Assembly (NCBI RefSeq): GCF_004010195.1 | Contig: NC_057756.1 | Span: 7,320,275 to 7,384,274 of the forward strand | DNA from: Chiloscyllium plagiosum | Lineage: Eukaryota | DNA: 64,000 nt | Direction of reading: 5' to 3' | Shown here: positions 38,225 to 51,479 of the stretch, in pieces | Numbering within the stretch: position 1 is the stretch's first letter | Layout: the number at the start of each line of letters is the position of its first letter | Notes under the pieces: model-generated | The model's input: the letters and a program-made list of their open reading frames with translations, nothing else | Told to the model about the DNA's origin: nothing | Databases searched by the model: none | Program-made: the position numbers and the translations under genes

Positions 38225-38806
38225 TGTTATGGAACAGGCCAGATATCCTCAAAATATTATAAGAAGGTAGCCTAGACTCTAACATTTCTTATTTTAAATG
38301 CACATGTGATGCAGATATCCCAGGTCTGATGCAGCGAAACCCTCAGCTTTAAGCAAAATATAACTTATTTAAACGCTGTAGTTAAAACATGAACACAAGA
38401 ATACAAAATTTAAAATAACTATTGGAAAACTTAACTGACTCAATTTGATAACTTAACTAAGGGGTTGTTCCAATTCCCATACCTTCCTATAAACATACTC
38501 ATAGGCAAAAGTTAAATTTAAACAATGTTACCCAAAGGCAGGAGAGATTTAAGAGAGAGAAGCCAGTCACAAATCATCTGCTGAAGCATGGAACCTTTTT
38601 GCACTGTAGCAGCTTCTGCTGCAGCTACCAGCAGCTTCTCTGCTACAACTAAACCAAACAAGTTAAAAAGTTCGAACGGGGAGAATTGGCCGTCTCGCCA
38701 GCGATTGTTAAAGTATCCAGACATATTGGCACCTCTGCTTTTACGACCTCTCTTGAAAAAAACCCTAAGGACAAATTAACTCTGTTCGAGTGACTGCATT
38801 GTCACA
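38225..38806. mobile_element. Probable solo LTR (related to 45551-46191)
   Basis: TG...CA bounded, with 5' end similar to 45551 (tgttatggaacaggccag / tgttgtggaccagatc...ctag.c.ctaacattt). No clear TSD. Confidence 0.4.
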
Positions 38807-38929
38807 AATTTCAGAAGCATAAGTTTCAATGCCAAAAGGCAGAAAGATTTGAAAATTTCGCCGTGAACTGATACGTGGCAAGAAGGAATTGACTGACACG
38901 AAGGCCGGGCAATTCTGATAAGAGATAAT

Positions 38930-39640
38930 CTAACCATTGCCTTTTAGCAATCGATGGCATTACCATGATTAAATTATCAATATTCAACATTCCGGGGTTA
39001 CCATTGACCAGATATTATACGAGGCTTACCAGAAAAATACAGAGACTGCAAGGGCAGTCAAGAGTTGGGAACACTGCAGCGGGTAAATCATCTACTGACT
39101 TAATAAATCCAATCCACCATGTACAAGGCTCAAGTCAGGAGTGTAATGGAATATTCCTACTTGTCTGGACAAGGGCAGTTCCAACAGCACTAATGAGGCT
39201 TGACACGATTCAGGATGAAGAAGCCTGCTTAATTGGCACCACATCCAAAAAGAACGTTTCCCTCTACCACCAACACTTAGTAGCAGCAATGTGCACCATC
39301 TTTGACATGCACTGCAATAATCCTCAAAGCTGCATTAGCACCATCCAAACCCATGACCATTACCAACTAGAAGACCAACAGAGCAGTTTCATGGGAACAA
39401 CGTTGCCTGCAAGTCTCCCTACAACATCCTCACGATCCGGACTTGGCAATATATTGCCATTACTTCAGTTTTGCTGAGTAAAAGATGTCAAAATCCCTCC
39501 TGAATGGCATTCTGACAGTACTCACAGCACATAGGCTGCAAGTATTAAAGAAGGCAACTCACCACCACTATCTCAAGTGTAATTAGGGATGATCAAAAAA
39601 TAATAGCCCGACCAGCGGCACCCACATTCCACAGATAAAT
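38930..39640 (+). mobile_element. L2/Crack-like LINE 3' fragment
   Basis: STMYKAQVRSVMEYS motif and a tail resembling that of Deu-type SINEs. Confidence 0.6.
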
Positions 39641-39662
39641 TAAATATAAGGTTTGGATGCAC

Positions 39663-39950
39663 CTGTTGAATTGAGTTGGTATTTTCTGACACTAACGCCA
39701 TTCTCACTCTCTACCTTACACATAGTCAGCTCTTCAGATCCATTTAGGTGAGTCAGTGTTAGAAAGCTCTAAAATAGAACATTATTCTTTGTCCAGGAAT
39801 AGACTCTAAATTCTAAAGTGTTCCTCGTGATGTTTTGCCCATTTGTATTCCATGTGATGGTTACTGGAGGTTTTGCTCTCACGATGCATGTACAAGAAGC
39901 CTCTTTCTTGGTGTTGGTGCATTTTGGACCTTATACTACGTAGGCATCAT
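39663..39950 (-). pseudogene. Siglec-like C2 Ig exon (two in-frame stops)
   Basis: 288 bp and AG/GT-bounded. Reads DAYVV*GPKCTNTKKEASCTCIVRAKPPVTITW...VLF*SFLTLTHL...MCKVESENGVSVRKYQLNST. Confidence 0.88.
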
Positions 39951-40139
39951 CTAACAAAAAAGGAACAGATTCTCGCTATCATGGTTGCAATCATCCACAT
40001 GTATTCTTCCATTGTGGAGTGTATTCTACTTAACTAACTGGAGAAATTCAAGAAATTATCACTGCTAACAATTTAAACACCAAGACATAATGGCAGTGGT
40101 GATCATCATCAATAGTGTGCTGTTGTCAAGCCAAAGTGA

Positions 40140-41270
40140 AGAATTATATGATGTTAGGCCTACTATAACTTGCAATCCCATTGGTTCTTGAATATGCTGC
40201 TTCAAAAGAAAATCTCAAAATATTTTAAGAACATCTCTTTGTCCATCTATCATTAGTAGTCGATACATGAAACCCTCCATGATTATCTTTTTGACTAGCT
40301 CTCAGATTTCTTTAATCATGTCCGAGCGTACCATGCACCCACAGTTAAGGGGGCTGCACACGAATACCATACATACTTTTTGCATTTTATCACTACATAC
40401 AGATACCAAAATCTGTTTCCACATCTTGATTTTATGAACTTAGGTCATGCTTTCTTCTTGGGAAAATGTCATAATTGGTTAACAAAGACACCCAATAGAC
40501 TTTCTTCTAGATTCCTGTCATTCCTGAATGTCCTGAATTTTTCACGGTTCATGTTCCAAATAATGTCATCATGGAGCTATGTCTCTGCGAAAGCTACTAG
40601 ATCATACTGATTCATTTATCCTCGCGCTCTCAGATCATCTGCTTTATTTCAGATGTGATCTTCAGTCGGATGCACAGTCTACAGCTTCATCCTTTTTTTG
40701 TCTTAATAACTTCTAATCTTATCTGTTGTTTTAATCTTAAATTTATACTCTTCCTGGCACTTCTTTTTATCATTTCTTTGTATTTTGCCTTAACTCGCTC
40801 TTTGATTTAACACATCATTCCAAAGTTGATATTTTCTCTCCCTATTCTGTTTTAAATCCTCTATACTTTCCTAACTAGCACACAGTAAGAACACTTGACC
40901 CAATCAGTTCAGATGGAGTCTGTCCCATTGGTACAGATTCCAGTTTCTTTATTTCTGGTGACAGTACCCTTAAAACCGGCACACGCTTGTCTCACATCAG
41001 TCTTTCTGTCACGGGTATCATTCTCTTCTTCGACCTGTGGAAATTTGTGTGAAGCTGATGCAATAATGCAGAAACTGTGACTTTTGAGGTCCTGCCAGTT
41101 AATATGCTGTCGAGCTCCTCACAATAGCTTTGCAGAACATTTTTCTTTGCACTGCCCCTCTTACTGGTACCTAAACCGGCAATCAAGCATAGATTCTCCT
41201 CCATCCTAGGAAAGCTTCTGGTGAGTCATAAGCTAATATCCCAAACCATCGTAGAAAGCAGCCGTCTGGA
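40140..41270 (-). mobile_element. Old CR1 LINE 5' part (ORF1 esterase end and endonuclease start)
   Basis: Minus-strand LYQWDRLHLN-like and YDLVA.AET-like motifs. Confidence 0.5.
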
Positions 41271-41774
41271 CTGATGTTCATTGCTGTGGGCGAAGGAAGT
41301 TATAGAGCCATGAACAATAGAAGAATCATGGAGCAGAATAAGGCCATTTGGCCCATCATTTCTGTAGCACATCTCCAAATTAGCAATGTGACATGGTGCA
41401 ATACTCTTGCCTCTTCCCCATACCCTTGTGTGTTGTTTCTACTTAAATAATTATCTAACTCCATCTTGAAGGTTTCAGTTTAACTTGCTGATGTCAAACA
41501 ACCTCAAAATTCTATATTACCCCCAAAACCACTGCATTCCTATTTACTGAGAATCGTTTTCCCCACCCCACCACACATTTTGCTTGAATAATGCTCTTTA
41601 TTGCAGTCCTTTTGTCATTTATCTGAACGATCCCACTCTTATTGAGGCAACTTGAAATGCTCTCATGTGTGGTCAATTGCAAATGGTGAGAATCCTGTGT
41701 TCCTGTCCTTTGGCTCCTCTTACCTGCCTCACTTGTAGTCATAGTCACAGTCAAAGTCTCTTGTTCCTGAATAA

Positions 41775-42480
41775 TCAGTGTTGCTGAACAAAGAAACCTT
41801 GGAGTGCAGTTTCATAGTTCCTTGAGAGTGGACTCACAGGTAGATAAAATAGTGAAGAAGGCGTTTTTTATGCTTTGCTTTATTAGATATGGCTTTGACT
41901 TTAGGAGTTGCCCGGTCGTGTTCTGGCTGTACGGGATATTAGTTCCATCATTTCTGGTCTCCCTCCTATCGAAAGGATGCTGTTGAAACGTGAAAGGTTT
42001 TAGAAGAGATTTACAAGTGTGTTTCCAAGGTTGGAGGATTTGTGCTACAGGGAGAGGCTGAATAGTTTGCGACTGTTTTCCCTGGAGTGTGAGAGGCTGA
42101 GGGGTAATCTTATAGCGGTTTATAAAATCATGAGGGGCATGGATAAGGTAAATAGACAAGGTCTTTTGCCTGGGGTGGGAGAGTCCAGAACCAGGTTTAG
42201 GGTGAGAGGGGAAAAATTTTAAAGTGACCTAAGGGGTAACTTTTATTCATTCAGAGGGTGGTGCATGTATGGAATGAGCTGCCAGAGGAAGTGGTGGAGG
42301 CTGGTACTATTAAAATATTTAAAGGCATCTGGATGGGTATGTGAGTAGGAAGCACTTAAAGGGATATGGGCCAACTACTGGCATCGGGAAATACATTAGG
42401 TTAGGATATCTGTTCAGCATGGACGAGCTGAACCAAAATGGTCTGTTTCTATGCTGTACATTTCAATGGCTTTTAACTCT
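41775..42480 (+). mobile_element. CR1 LINE 3' fragment
   Basis: YRERLNSLRLFSLECERLRGNLIAVYKIMRG plus 3' UTR. Confidence 0.85.
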
Positions 42481-43479
42481 CATGACCAAATCAGATGCCC
42501 CAAAATTTAAGAGATGTGCATACCTCCTGCTACTGAAAATCCAGATGAATCTTGGATACACACACCAACAGGTTTAGGGTCAACTTCTTCACTGCTACTA
42601 TTAGACTGCTGAATTGACTATTGTAAATTCAAATAATTTTGATGTGGCTTTGCACACCCTTGTGCAGGGGTAACCTTGCATGGCGCGTTGTGTCTAAGCA
42701 TCCTGTGATCTGAATATCCTTGTTGGCTATGGCCTGCCTGTACCAGTCGCAAAACAGAACATTTCACTGTACTTAAGTATATGTGACTACAATAAAGCAA
42801 ATCAAATTAATTCAAATCAAACAATGTTTCCATCCTCCTGATGTATCACAGTGTTTTCAGTTCATATAATATGAGTGGAAGGTTTTTGAAATCCATATGT
42901 AAATTTAAGACGGGTTTGCTCTGGACAAACTGACATTTAGGAACTCCCACGTGCTGCAGCTGTGATCCATTACCATTCCTACCGTCCTTATTATGTTCTT
43001 AAAAACAACACAATTGCTTTATATATTCAGTGTGTTGTTATATTACATATCAACCTTACTAAAAAATCGTGGACTATGTCGAAATTTAGGGATGGAAGAA
43101 GCCTGATCACTTAAAAGACTCTCAGCAAATAAGCAGCTATATCATCATAGCAGACAAACATTCAAATCTTGTGGCTGGAAATGTTTAGGCTAAAGCAAAA
43201 CCAAAAGAACATCTCTTTCCCTTATTTCTCAATACTCACTTACACGCTTAACTATCAAAATCTATAAAAGTTGTAGTCATAGAGTCATAGACTCCTACAG
43301 CACAGAGACAGGCCCTTTGGCCCATCTCGCTCATGCATCCATACCATCCATCCACGCTAATCCTATTTCCCTGCAGTTAGCCCATATCCTTCTTAACATT
43401 TCCCATCCATGTAGTTGTCTAATTGCCTTTTAAATGCTGTTCATGCACTCAACCCAACCACTATGTAAACAAAGGTGCT

Positions 43480-44460
43480 GGACCCATTGATGTTTAATAT
43501 CTATATCAATGATTTGGATGAGAATGTGCAAGGCTTGCAGATGACACTAAAATAGGAGGAATCGTGGGCAGTTACGCAGTTATCAAAAATTGCAGCTAGA
43601 CTTTGATCAGCCTGGGAAGTGGGCTGAGAAATGGCAACTGGAGTTTAATATATATAAGTGTGAGGCCTTGCATTTTGTTAAGTCAAATCAAGGCAGGAGT
43701 GTCACGGTGAATGGTAGGATCTTAAGGAGTGTAGTCGAAGAAAAGATTCTTGGAAGTCAGGTGCATTGTTCTCTGAAAGTAGAATCACAGGTAGACAGGG
43801 TACTGAAGAAGCCTTTAGGCACAATGGCCTTCATTAATCATGACATTGAGTATAGAAGTTGGGAAGTTACGCTGTAGTCATGCAGGACATTGGTGAGTCC
43901 GTACTTGGAGTACTGTGTTCAGTTTTAGTCACCTTGCTCTAGGCAGGATGATATTAAACTGGAAATTTACAAGGATGATTCCAGGATGCAAGGATCTAAG
44001 TTATAGGGAGAGGTTGGACAAGCTAAAACTTTCTTTAGAGCACAGGGGGAGGGTGTGTGTGTGTGTTGGGGGGTGGGTGGGTGTTGGTATCTTGCTGAAG
44101 TGTGTAAGATGAGACTTGGTTAGGATGACTGCACTCAGTGCTTTTCCCAGTGTTGGGGAATCCAGGACTGGAGGGCATCAGTATAAAGTTGGAGGGGAAA
44201 GAATCAAAGGGAACCTGAGAGTCAACATGTTTTGACACAGAGAATGACATGCATACAGAATGAGCTGCCAGCAAAAGTGTTTGGGGCAGGTACATTAACA
44301 ACATTTCAAAGGCATCTGGACAAACACATGGACAGGAAAGGCTTAGAAGGACATAGGCCAAGTGCAAGGAAATGGGATTAATGTGGATGGATATTATGGT
44401 TAGCATGGACCACTTTGGCCCAAAGAGCCTAATTCCATGCTGTAAGGACTCTCCATGTCT
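43480..44460 (+). mobile_element. CR1 LINE fragment
   Basis: ADDTK, WAEKWQLEFN and YRERLDKL motifs. Confidence 0.85.
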
Positions 44461-45149
44461 CTACGTCTTGAAATGATCCATCTGACATTATTGCTTTCAG
44501 TTTCAAACGGCGAGTAAAACGAGAAACCTTATTTGATTTTAAGTCATGAACATGTCGATTTATAAACCAAAAACTGAACCAAAAAGATAACAAAGTGGTA
44601 TGTTTTTATTTCAGTTAAATGCCTTGACCAATCAAAATGCATTTTATATTTTCAACCAATCCTGGCAATTAACTGTGAGCCAACACTAACTGGTGCATTT
44701 TATAAGACAACACCACTATCTAGCAACCTCCATTTAGCAGCTAATTAGCACTTTCTATCAGACAGTTTAATAGTTGGTAACCATTCTAAAATTGGTATTC
44801 AAGATCTTTTGGCAATTTGACCTGATTTGTGAAAGACTGACGTCTGAACAAATGTTCTGAAGAGGCTCGCTGGATAAGAAATCTTAGTCTGCTTTCTCTC
44901 CACAGTTGCCGAGATACCTGCTGGGTTTTCACAGCAATTTTTGGAAATACCCAGTTATTTCGATTTCTTTTTGAACAGATGTTTTGTTTTAAGCAAACCT
45001 GATGTTTTGCACGAAGAAATCAATATGAAGAAACAAACCTTGTGGAAAAAAATCATCATAATCACTGGCTTTGCCACTATGAACACAGATGCGTTAATGA
45101 TGAGATTAAATGTCTGCAGTAATTCAAATGTAAAACATTTTGAGAGTAC

Positions 45150-45437
45150 CTGTTGAACTGAGTTCGTAGCTGCTGATGCTAATGCCCAGCTTGTTCTCTG
45201 TGATGCATGATATCAGTGTTTCCGATCCTGTTGGGTGAGTCACTGTCAGCGAGCTCTGACGTAGCCCATTGTTCATCATCCAGGAATGGACCATAAAATC
45301 TGAAGTGTTTTTTGTGAGGTTTCTGCCACTGACATTCCATCTGATGCTTGATGGGGGATTGGCTCTGACTCTACAGATACAAGACAACCCACTTTTCTCC
45401 CTAGTGCAGTTCAGACCTGATACAAGTCTGGGTTTAT
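45150..45437 (-). CDS. Siglec/MAG-like membrane-proximal C2 Ig exon (intact)
   Basis: 288 bp, phase 1-1, tttttgcattgttttag|...|GTACT. Reads YKPRLVSGLNCTREKSGLSCICRVRANPPSSIRW...LISCITENKLG, the C-x8-CxC...NP pattern of MAG/Siglec last domains. Confidence 0.88.
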
Positions 45438-45550
45438 CTAAAACAATGCAAAAAAGAGAATTCCATTTATTATTCTTTTAATCCTGCACGTGTGAAGTCA
45501 GGAATTTGTCTACACATGTGGCAGGAGTATTTGCATTGCAATTTCAACAT

Positions 45551-46191
45551 TGTTGTGGACCAGATCAAGCCAGCAGAAAATATATTAAGACAATAATCTA
45601 GCCCTAACATTTATTATTTTACAGGTAAATAAAAGGCTTTGCATTTCAGATGAAATTTGATCGTTCAAATTAGTCGACTTTAAGTAAACCACACGTTATT
45701 TTTACACTACAGTTAAAATATAAACAATATAAAAAGTGGAAAAGAGTCAGATTAATTGTAACTCTGTAGAAGTGCTTAACAAAATGGTGTATATGTTCAC
45801 TACAACTAATTAACTATTTCAATATCGTAAAATTCCATAAACATCACCCTTGCCAAAGGCAACTTCAGCAAAATGGATTTTTTCACATACAATTCCAACT
45901 ATGGGAAGAAAACCCCACCTTTTCACTGTAACAGAGAGAGAATAAGAGCTTCCACATCTACATTCAAGATCCCAACAACTGCTACTGAAAATTAAAACTA
46001 CAAGTCCTGGTCCTGAGGGAGCCTGGGCCAATACTGTTTGTATTGTTCCAACTTTAAAAAAAAGACCCCAAGGCCCCACAATGTCTTTCCTTTATTGGCT
46101 TTGGTCAGAATGTATAGTACTTCTACAATCTTCATTCATAAAAACACACACGGCAAAATACGCCTCTTGAAGCCATAGTATCATCATCACA
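45551..46191. mobile_element. Probable solo LTR
   Basis: TG...CA bounded and similar to 38225-38806. Confidence 0.4.
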
Positions 46192-47123
46192 TTTATCTGT
46201 TGAGGCAAATGCGTGATAATTTTCAATCAATTAAGACCTATGTGAAGCAGGAGATGCATATATCACTGCAGCTTCCAGCTCACTGTCCTCTCTAAGAGGA
46301 CACAGAACTGTTGTGGTGAATTATTTCACAAAATAGTTTCAAGAGCCTTAAAGTCCAGGCCAACAATCATTTATCGAGCCAAAGTTGGACAGTCCACCTG
46401 AGAAAAAAATCTGAGGTAACACTGTTAACTGCATAAGGATGCATCAGATATTTTTAAATTGCATATCATGTACACTGTACACTATTACTTAAATTCCAAG
46501 ATGGGTTGGCAGAGACAAATACGTTGTATTTCACTCATTCCAAAAACAAAGCGCCTGGGATCCCTGTTCTCACCACTCCCTATCTTCCCACATGCCAGTT
46601 TATCTCCTCTCTGAAGGCTGCACTAGACTACATCTCATTGTTTTACCTTTCTCTGTGTGGTAGACAGTAATATCCCCCTTCCATTTCCAAATCTGGTTAA
46701 TGCTGATTAAGCGATGTTGCATTTTTGTCAAAGGTGGACACGCAAATTTATGTTTAGGTAATGTTCTGACATCAAGTGTAAATGATGCGTGAGATTATAT
46801 ATGGGGGGAAAAGTGTGAATTCACCGATGTAATTTCATTGCCGAATGGGAATGTACATAATTTCATTGGTAAGAATTTGCTGAGCAGTAATTAATAGATT
46901 TCAAAGAGATCGGCCTTTTGTTGCTCAAATCATCATGCTTGATCGACTTGTTGTAGTCATTTGACTAACATTACCTTTCATTCACTATCAGAACAGCAGA
47001 TTGGAAGGAGTCAAATAGCAGTTTGGAAATGTTCACTTTTCCAGGCAAGCTGAACCAAAAAGACAGAATCTGAAACTGTTTCCTGATCAGATGGCTAAGT
47101 AAAACAGAAAAGTAGTTACCTAC

Positions 47124-47423
47124 ATTTCACATCCAGTCTAAGAGTTTCTTGAGCGACCACCACTCCACCAGGCTCTGTAAGTTTACAGAACAGGATCCGT
47201 CCGTGATGATCAGTGGATGGAGTGAAGGAGAAAGTTGATAAAACAGAAGAGGAGTTCTCGAATTTGTTTAAAATTTCAGACTTTGACTGAATTGGAGTTA
47301 AATTCTGATCTTGCATCAATTTCAGCTCAAAATCACAAGTTGAACACGTGTGGGTGACTGAACAGTTCAGATGCGCTGGTTTTCCAGCAATGAATTGCCC
47401 AGAGACTACGATTTGAGGTTTCT
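47124..47423 (-). CDS. Siglec-like domain-2 C2-set Ig exon (intact)
   Basis: 300 bp, phase 1-1. Reads EKPQIVVSGQFIAGKPAHLNCSVTHTCS...STFSFTPSTDHHGRILFCKL...LRLDVK, with the CSVxHxC extra cysteine and FTPSxxDHG-like pattern typical of Siglec domain 2. Confidence 0.9.
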
Positions 47424-48039
47424 CTGTCAGTAGAAAGGAAAATAAAAATACACAATCAGAGATTCCAGTATCAATATTCAGGAGGGATGTGCGAACAATG
47501 ACAAATAAATACATGACAATATTTTCTTCTTGATCTCTGCTACAGTCTAAGATTCCTCAGAGTTACAGATTAATTAAAAACATGCTTGCGCTTCATCACT
47601 CATCGTTCCCTTTTCTTGTGATCCTGATGGTTTATTTACAATGTTGATCATTCAATATGTTGGGTTAGGTGGTAGAATTTGATGTTTAAGGGAATTTCTT
47701 GGCCAAGACTGTGTGTTAATTAGTGGTGGGAAATGCACACCGTGTGAGGACAATGACCTCCTTTGGCAATAAGTAATTACATCACAGCATTTTTCCTCTA
47801 CCCAGAATATCTCACTCCATAATGCATATCACTTTTCTTCGTCTTCTGAGTGTCGTAGTAACACCGAACAAAGCATTCCAATGGCTGTTTTGAAAGTTTC
47901 AATGCCCTTTGCGCAATCAGCTAAGGCCAGAAGCAGTCTCTTCATCTGCACTGAGGATATTACTGGCCAAACATAGCTCCATTGATCAGCACAATACAAA
48001 CACAAGTGAGAGTCGAAAAGTTGTGCAGTAAGCAAGTGG

Positions 48040-49240
48040 GAAGCTAGGTAGTGAATGTTGGGCCAATTTCTAAGATATTTGTATCATCTATCGCCAATGA
48101 TGAGGACCAGAAGACTGGAGGTTGGCTAATGTGGTATCATTATTTAAGAACGTTTGTAAGGAAAAGCCAGGGAACTATATACCAGTGAATCTGACGTCAG
48201 TGCTGGTCAATGTTTTTGGAGGGTATTCTGACTGACAGGACTGACATGAATTTGGAAAGGCCAGAACTGAGTAGGGAGATTCAACCTGGCTTTGTTCGTG
48301 GAAACTTGTGTCTCAATGACATGATTGAGTTTCTGAAGAAGTGACAGAGAAGATTGTTGATGGCAGAACGGGAAAGCTTGTCTATATAGACTTCCATAAA
48401 TTATTTGACAAGGTTTTGCATGGTAGACTGGCCAGCAAATTTGGATAATATGGAATTCAGTGGGTATTCACCAATGGGATATTGTGGAAGCCATTTTCTT
48501 GGTCATGACTTCTCTCCGGGTTAAGAAATCATTTTGATGAAGTGCCCCTCACCCTTCACAAACAATGTGAACTAAGCATGTGAACTGTGAGAGCTGTCCC
48601 GCAGTCTCCCATACATTGCTTAGTTCCTCCCTCTCTGGGTGGTAATGGTAAAATTTAGCTTATCTGTTCAAGGCGCCACAATTTGGCTGCTCAATGTTTC
48701 CACACTATGATGTATTGCTGGAGCATGTAGCTTAGTTGCTCAAGCGTGTTTAGCCCCGTTAATTAGTTTGCAATGTATTGCCAATGTGTGTTGTTCTTCT
48801 ATTTAAGGACATCTGTCCAATATTTGTTCTGAATATCAGTATACAGCATGTTAGGTAATAGCTTTCAATCCTGTCCACTTGAGGAATGTGCGGCATCAAT
48901 TCAGGCTGACCCCGAGAGCTGACCCCTGATTTGGTGCCTCCTCGGACCATCCTGGCACCTTGTAATTAACGGTTAACCTGCATCTGTGCCAAGGTCTTGT
49001 TTCCTATATAAACTTGTAACTTTCTGCTGTACTGCAGAGTTCTACCAAGACACTGTTAGCACGATCATGATACATTGTGTAATAATCAAGTCAATGCTCA
49101 AGCTCTGCGTCCAGAGATTTTTCTTCAGCAAGTGCAAAATTGGTTTAAAGGAAGAAGGCAGACGATTGTGGGGGAGGGTTATTTTTTCGGAATGGAGGTC
49201 TGTAACCAGAGGTGTGACTCAAGGATCAACGCTGGGACAT
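48040..49240 (+). mobile_element. CR1 RT fragment interrupted by a probable solo LTR (~48483-49135)
   Basis: PGNYIPVNLTSV...FDKV before the insert and NW...RQ..V...GVTQGS after it. The insert is TG..CA bounded with a TATA-like ctatataaac at ~49004. Confidence 0.65.
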
Positions 49241-49567
49241 TGGCCCATTACCTCAAGTAGTGTGAAGGGCAGGAGTGACAGATATATGGGAATATCAGCA
49301 AATACAAGTTTGCCTCAAATACATTCACCATTAGGAGGGAGATTGCCAATGAATTAAAGGCATTGGCTTGATGTATTGGTAATTCCTCCCTGCCCTCACT
49401 GTGGGTACACTGAGATCCAGGAACTGTCACAGTCAGGAAGCAGAGCACTCCCTCTTTTGACAGAGATTATGAATATTCAGCTAATGTTGGAGTAGTCAGC
49501 AGTGACCACATAATATGCGAGGTGCAACAATATATTGTACAAGCCATGAAATGAAAACCAAAGCTAC

Positions 49568-49885
49568 CTAATATATAGAGAGAGAGACAGGAATATTGTT
49601 AGGGTAGGCATCTGATGAAGTCCCATTATTCGTAATCTTCACCCTGATGTAATACTCTCCTTCATCTTTCTTCTCAATGTTATTTATTATTAATGAACAT
49701 TGTTTCATTGTCAGGTTCCCCTTCAGTTCTGTTCTGCATTCATATTCAGGGTTAATATTGGTTGGATCTTCAATACTGTAGATAATTCTAACCCCTCGGG
49801 TTCCTTGTTTGGAACCTCCCTTTAACCACAGTATCTGTGGATTTCTGTCACCAATGGTGTAATGAAATGCAGGGAAATGAAGGGA
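49568..49885 (-). pseudogene. Siglec-like N-terminal V-set Ig exon (damaged)
   Basis: Reads ILWLK...YECRTELKGNLTMKQCSLIINNIEKKDEGEYYIRVKI. The IPC motif is frameshifted, the A strand is not found, and a 2-nt microsatellite slip puts TAG before the G|GTAGCT donor. Confidence 0.85.
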
Positions 49886-51479
49886 AATGAAAGGCAATTG
49901 AGAAATCCAAGTGCATCTTGTAGATACCTCTATCTGATGTTTGTTTTTTTGCACTGCTTGAGGTCTCCGTATATTAAGATGCTGAATGAGTTGCAAAGGG
50001 ATTGACTGATCTGCAGTCAGTGTACTAGAGAGATGGGATCAATCCTCACTAAGGCAGCTGGTGGAAATTGGATTTGAAAAATATTGTAATTGAAAGCTCA
50101 CCTCTGGCACCATGAAACGATGTGATTTTTTCTTCTTTGTCATCACCATCTGGTTTATGGTTAGTCGGAAAACCCCAGCCAGTTAAGTTGTGACCTGCAG
50201 GTCAGTTGTGTGACTGACTCTGAAAAGCTTTCTGAAATGACTGAGCGAGTCACTCAGATTAAAGGCGTTTCACGTTGGGTGGATCAGAGAGTCAAAAGTC
50301 TCTGAAATAGCGTTGATTCAATAAGAAGTCTCGCCTTTCCTCTCCCGCTGATGTTATTCCGTTCCGTCTTTGACACGGTAAAGAACTGCAGAAGGAAATG
50401 AAAAATCCAAAAACAGGAATGAAATCCACAAGGAAAGGGGTAATGTGAGACTTGAAGGAGTAAAGTCAACCTCTCGTGACAATCAGGCGGACTTGAAGCA
50501 GGTATGGGGTATGCAACCTTCACAAAGTGTGCTTCACTTTGAACAATTAAAAAGGAATGGACTGTTCACTGTGCAAGAAGCAACATTAATTCGAGACACG
50601 CTGGCTCACCACTTGGCACCGATCTATCTGTTTTTCTTTTGTTTTATTTCGCTTCCCAAAACATTGGCATCACCACCTGTGTCTGTCCTCCTGCCGAACT
50701 TTATACATTTCCCTGCGGCTAACCTCCAGAAGACCGTTATATTCCCTACCTTCTTCCTCTCCCTTCATCTCTGCATTCTAATAACAGTCTGGTTTAACTG
50801 TAGTGAATCAATTGTATCAGCCTCCATCAAACCCTCAGGCAGTGCATTCCGGATCCTATATGCCATGTGCCTGAGGGGTTTCTCCAATCTAGCTTCTGCA
50901 TCCTTTCGTGGGATTTCAGGACTGTTGCAGGTAGAAAAAAAAATCAGTTAGCACAGTATTCACTGCAGAATAGAAGAATGTGAGGTGGATTTAATATAAA
51001 GCTGCTCAATTCTAAAATGGCTGGACAGTATAAATGAGGAAAGGATGTTCCCAATGACCTGGAGAGTCCAGGATCAGGGCATCTAAGGATTCAGGTAGGC
51101 CAGTTATGATTGGGATGAGGAGAGCTTTCTTCACTCAGAGTGTGGTGGACCCATAGAATTCTCTGTCACAGTAAGGGGTTGCGGAAAACATATTGCATAT
51201 TTTCAAAAATGAGATAAACATAGTTCGTAGGGAGTTTTGAGAAGATTTGTAGCTTCGCCCGGAGACCCTAGTAGGGTGACAAAGCGTCTGGATATAAACC
51301 TTCCAGCTCAGCCAGTAAACCTACATCCACATACATAGTTCATAGGGTTAAAGGGATCAAAGGATATTGAGGTAAACTGGGAACTGGAACTGAGTTAAAT
51401 GAGCAACCATGCTCATCTTGAATGGTGGAGCAAGCTCTTAGCCATGAATGGCCTCCTCCTGTTCCTATTTTCCAAACCT

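Noticed and set aside
6373..49885. Rearranging Ig/TCR/IgNAR locus
   Set aside because: No RSS heptamer-nonamer was noticed at exon ends and there are no J-segment or C1-set motifs. The domains are Siglec-type and bounded by splice sites.
50335..50390. Possible small minus-strand exon upstream of the V-set exon
   Set aside because: The acceptor is strong but there is no canonical GT donor, and no frame resembles a signal peptide or V-domain start.
50445..50951. 168-aa plus-strand ORF
   Set aside because: No recognisable domain. It overlaps decayed repeat sequence and starts at a non-ATG codon.
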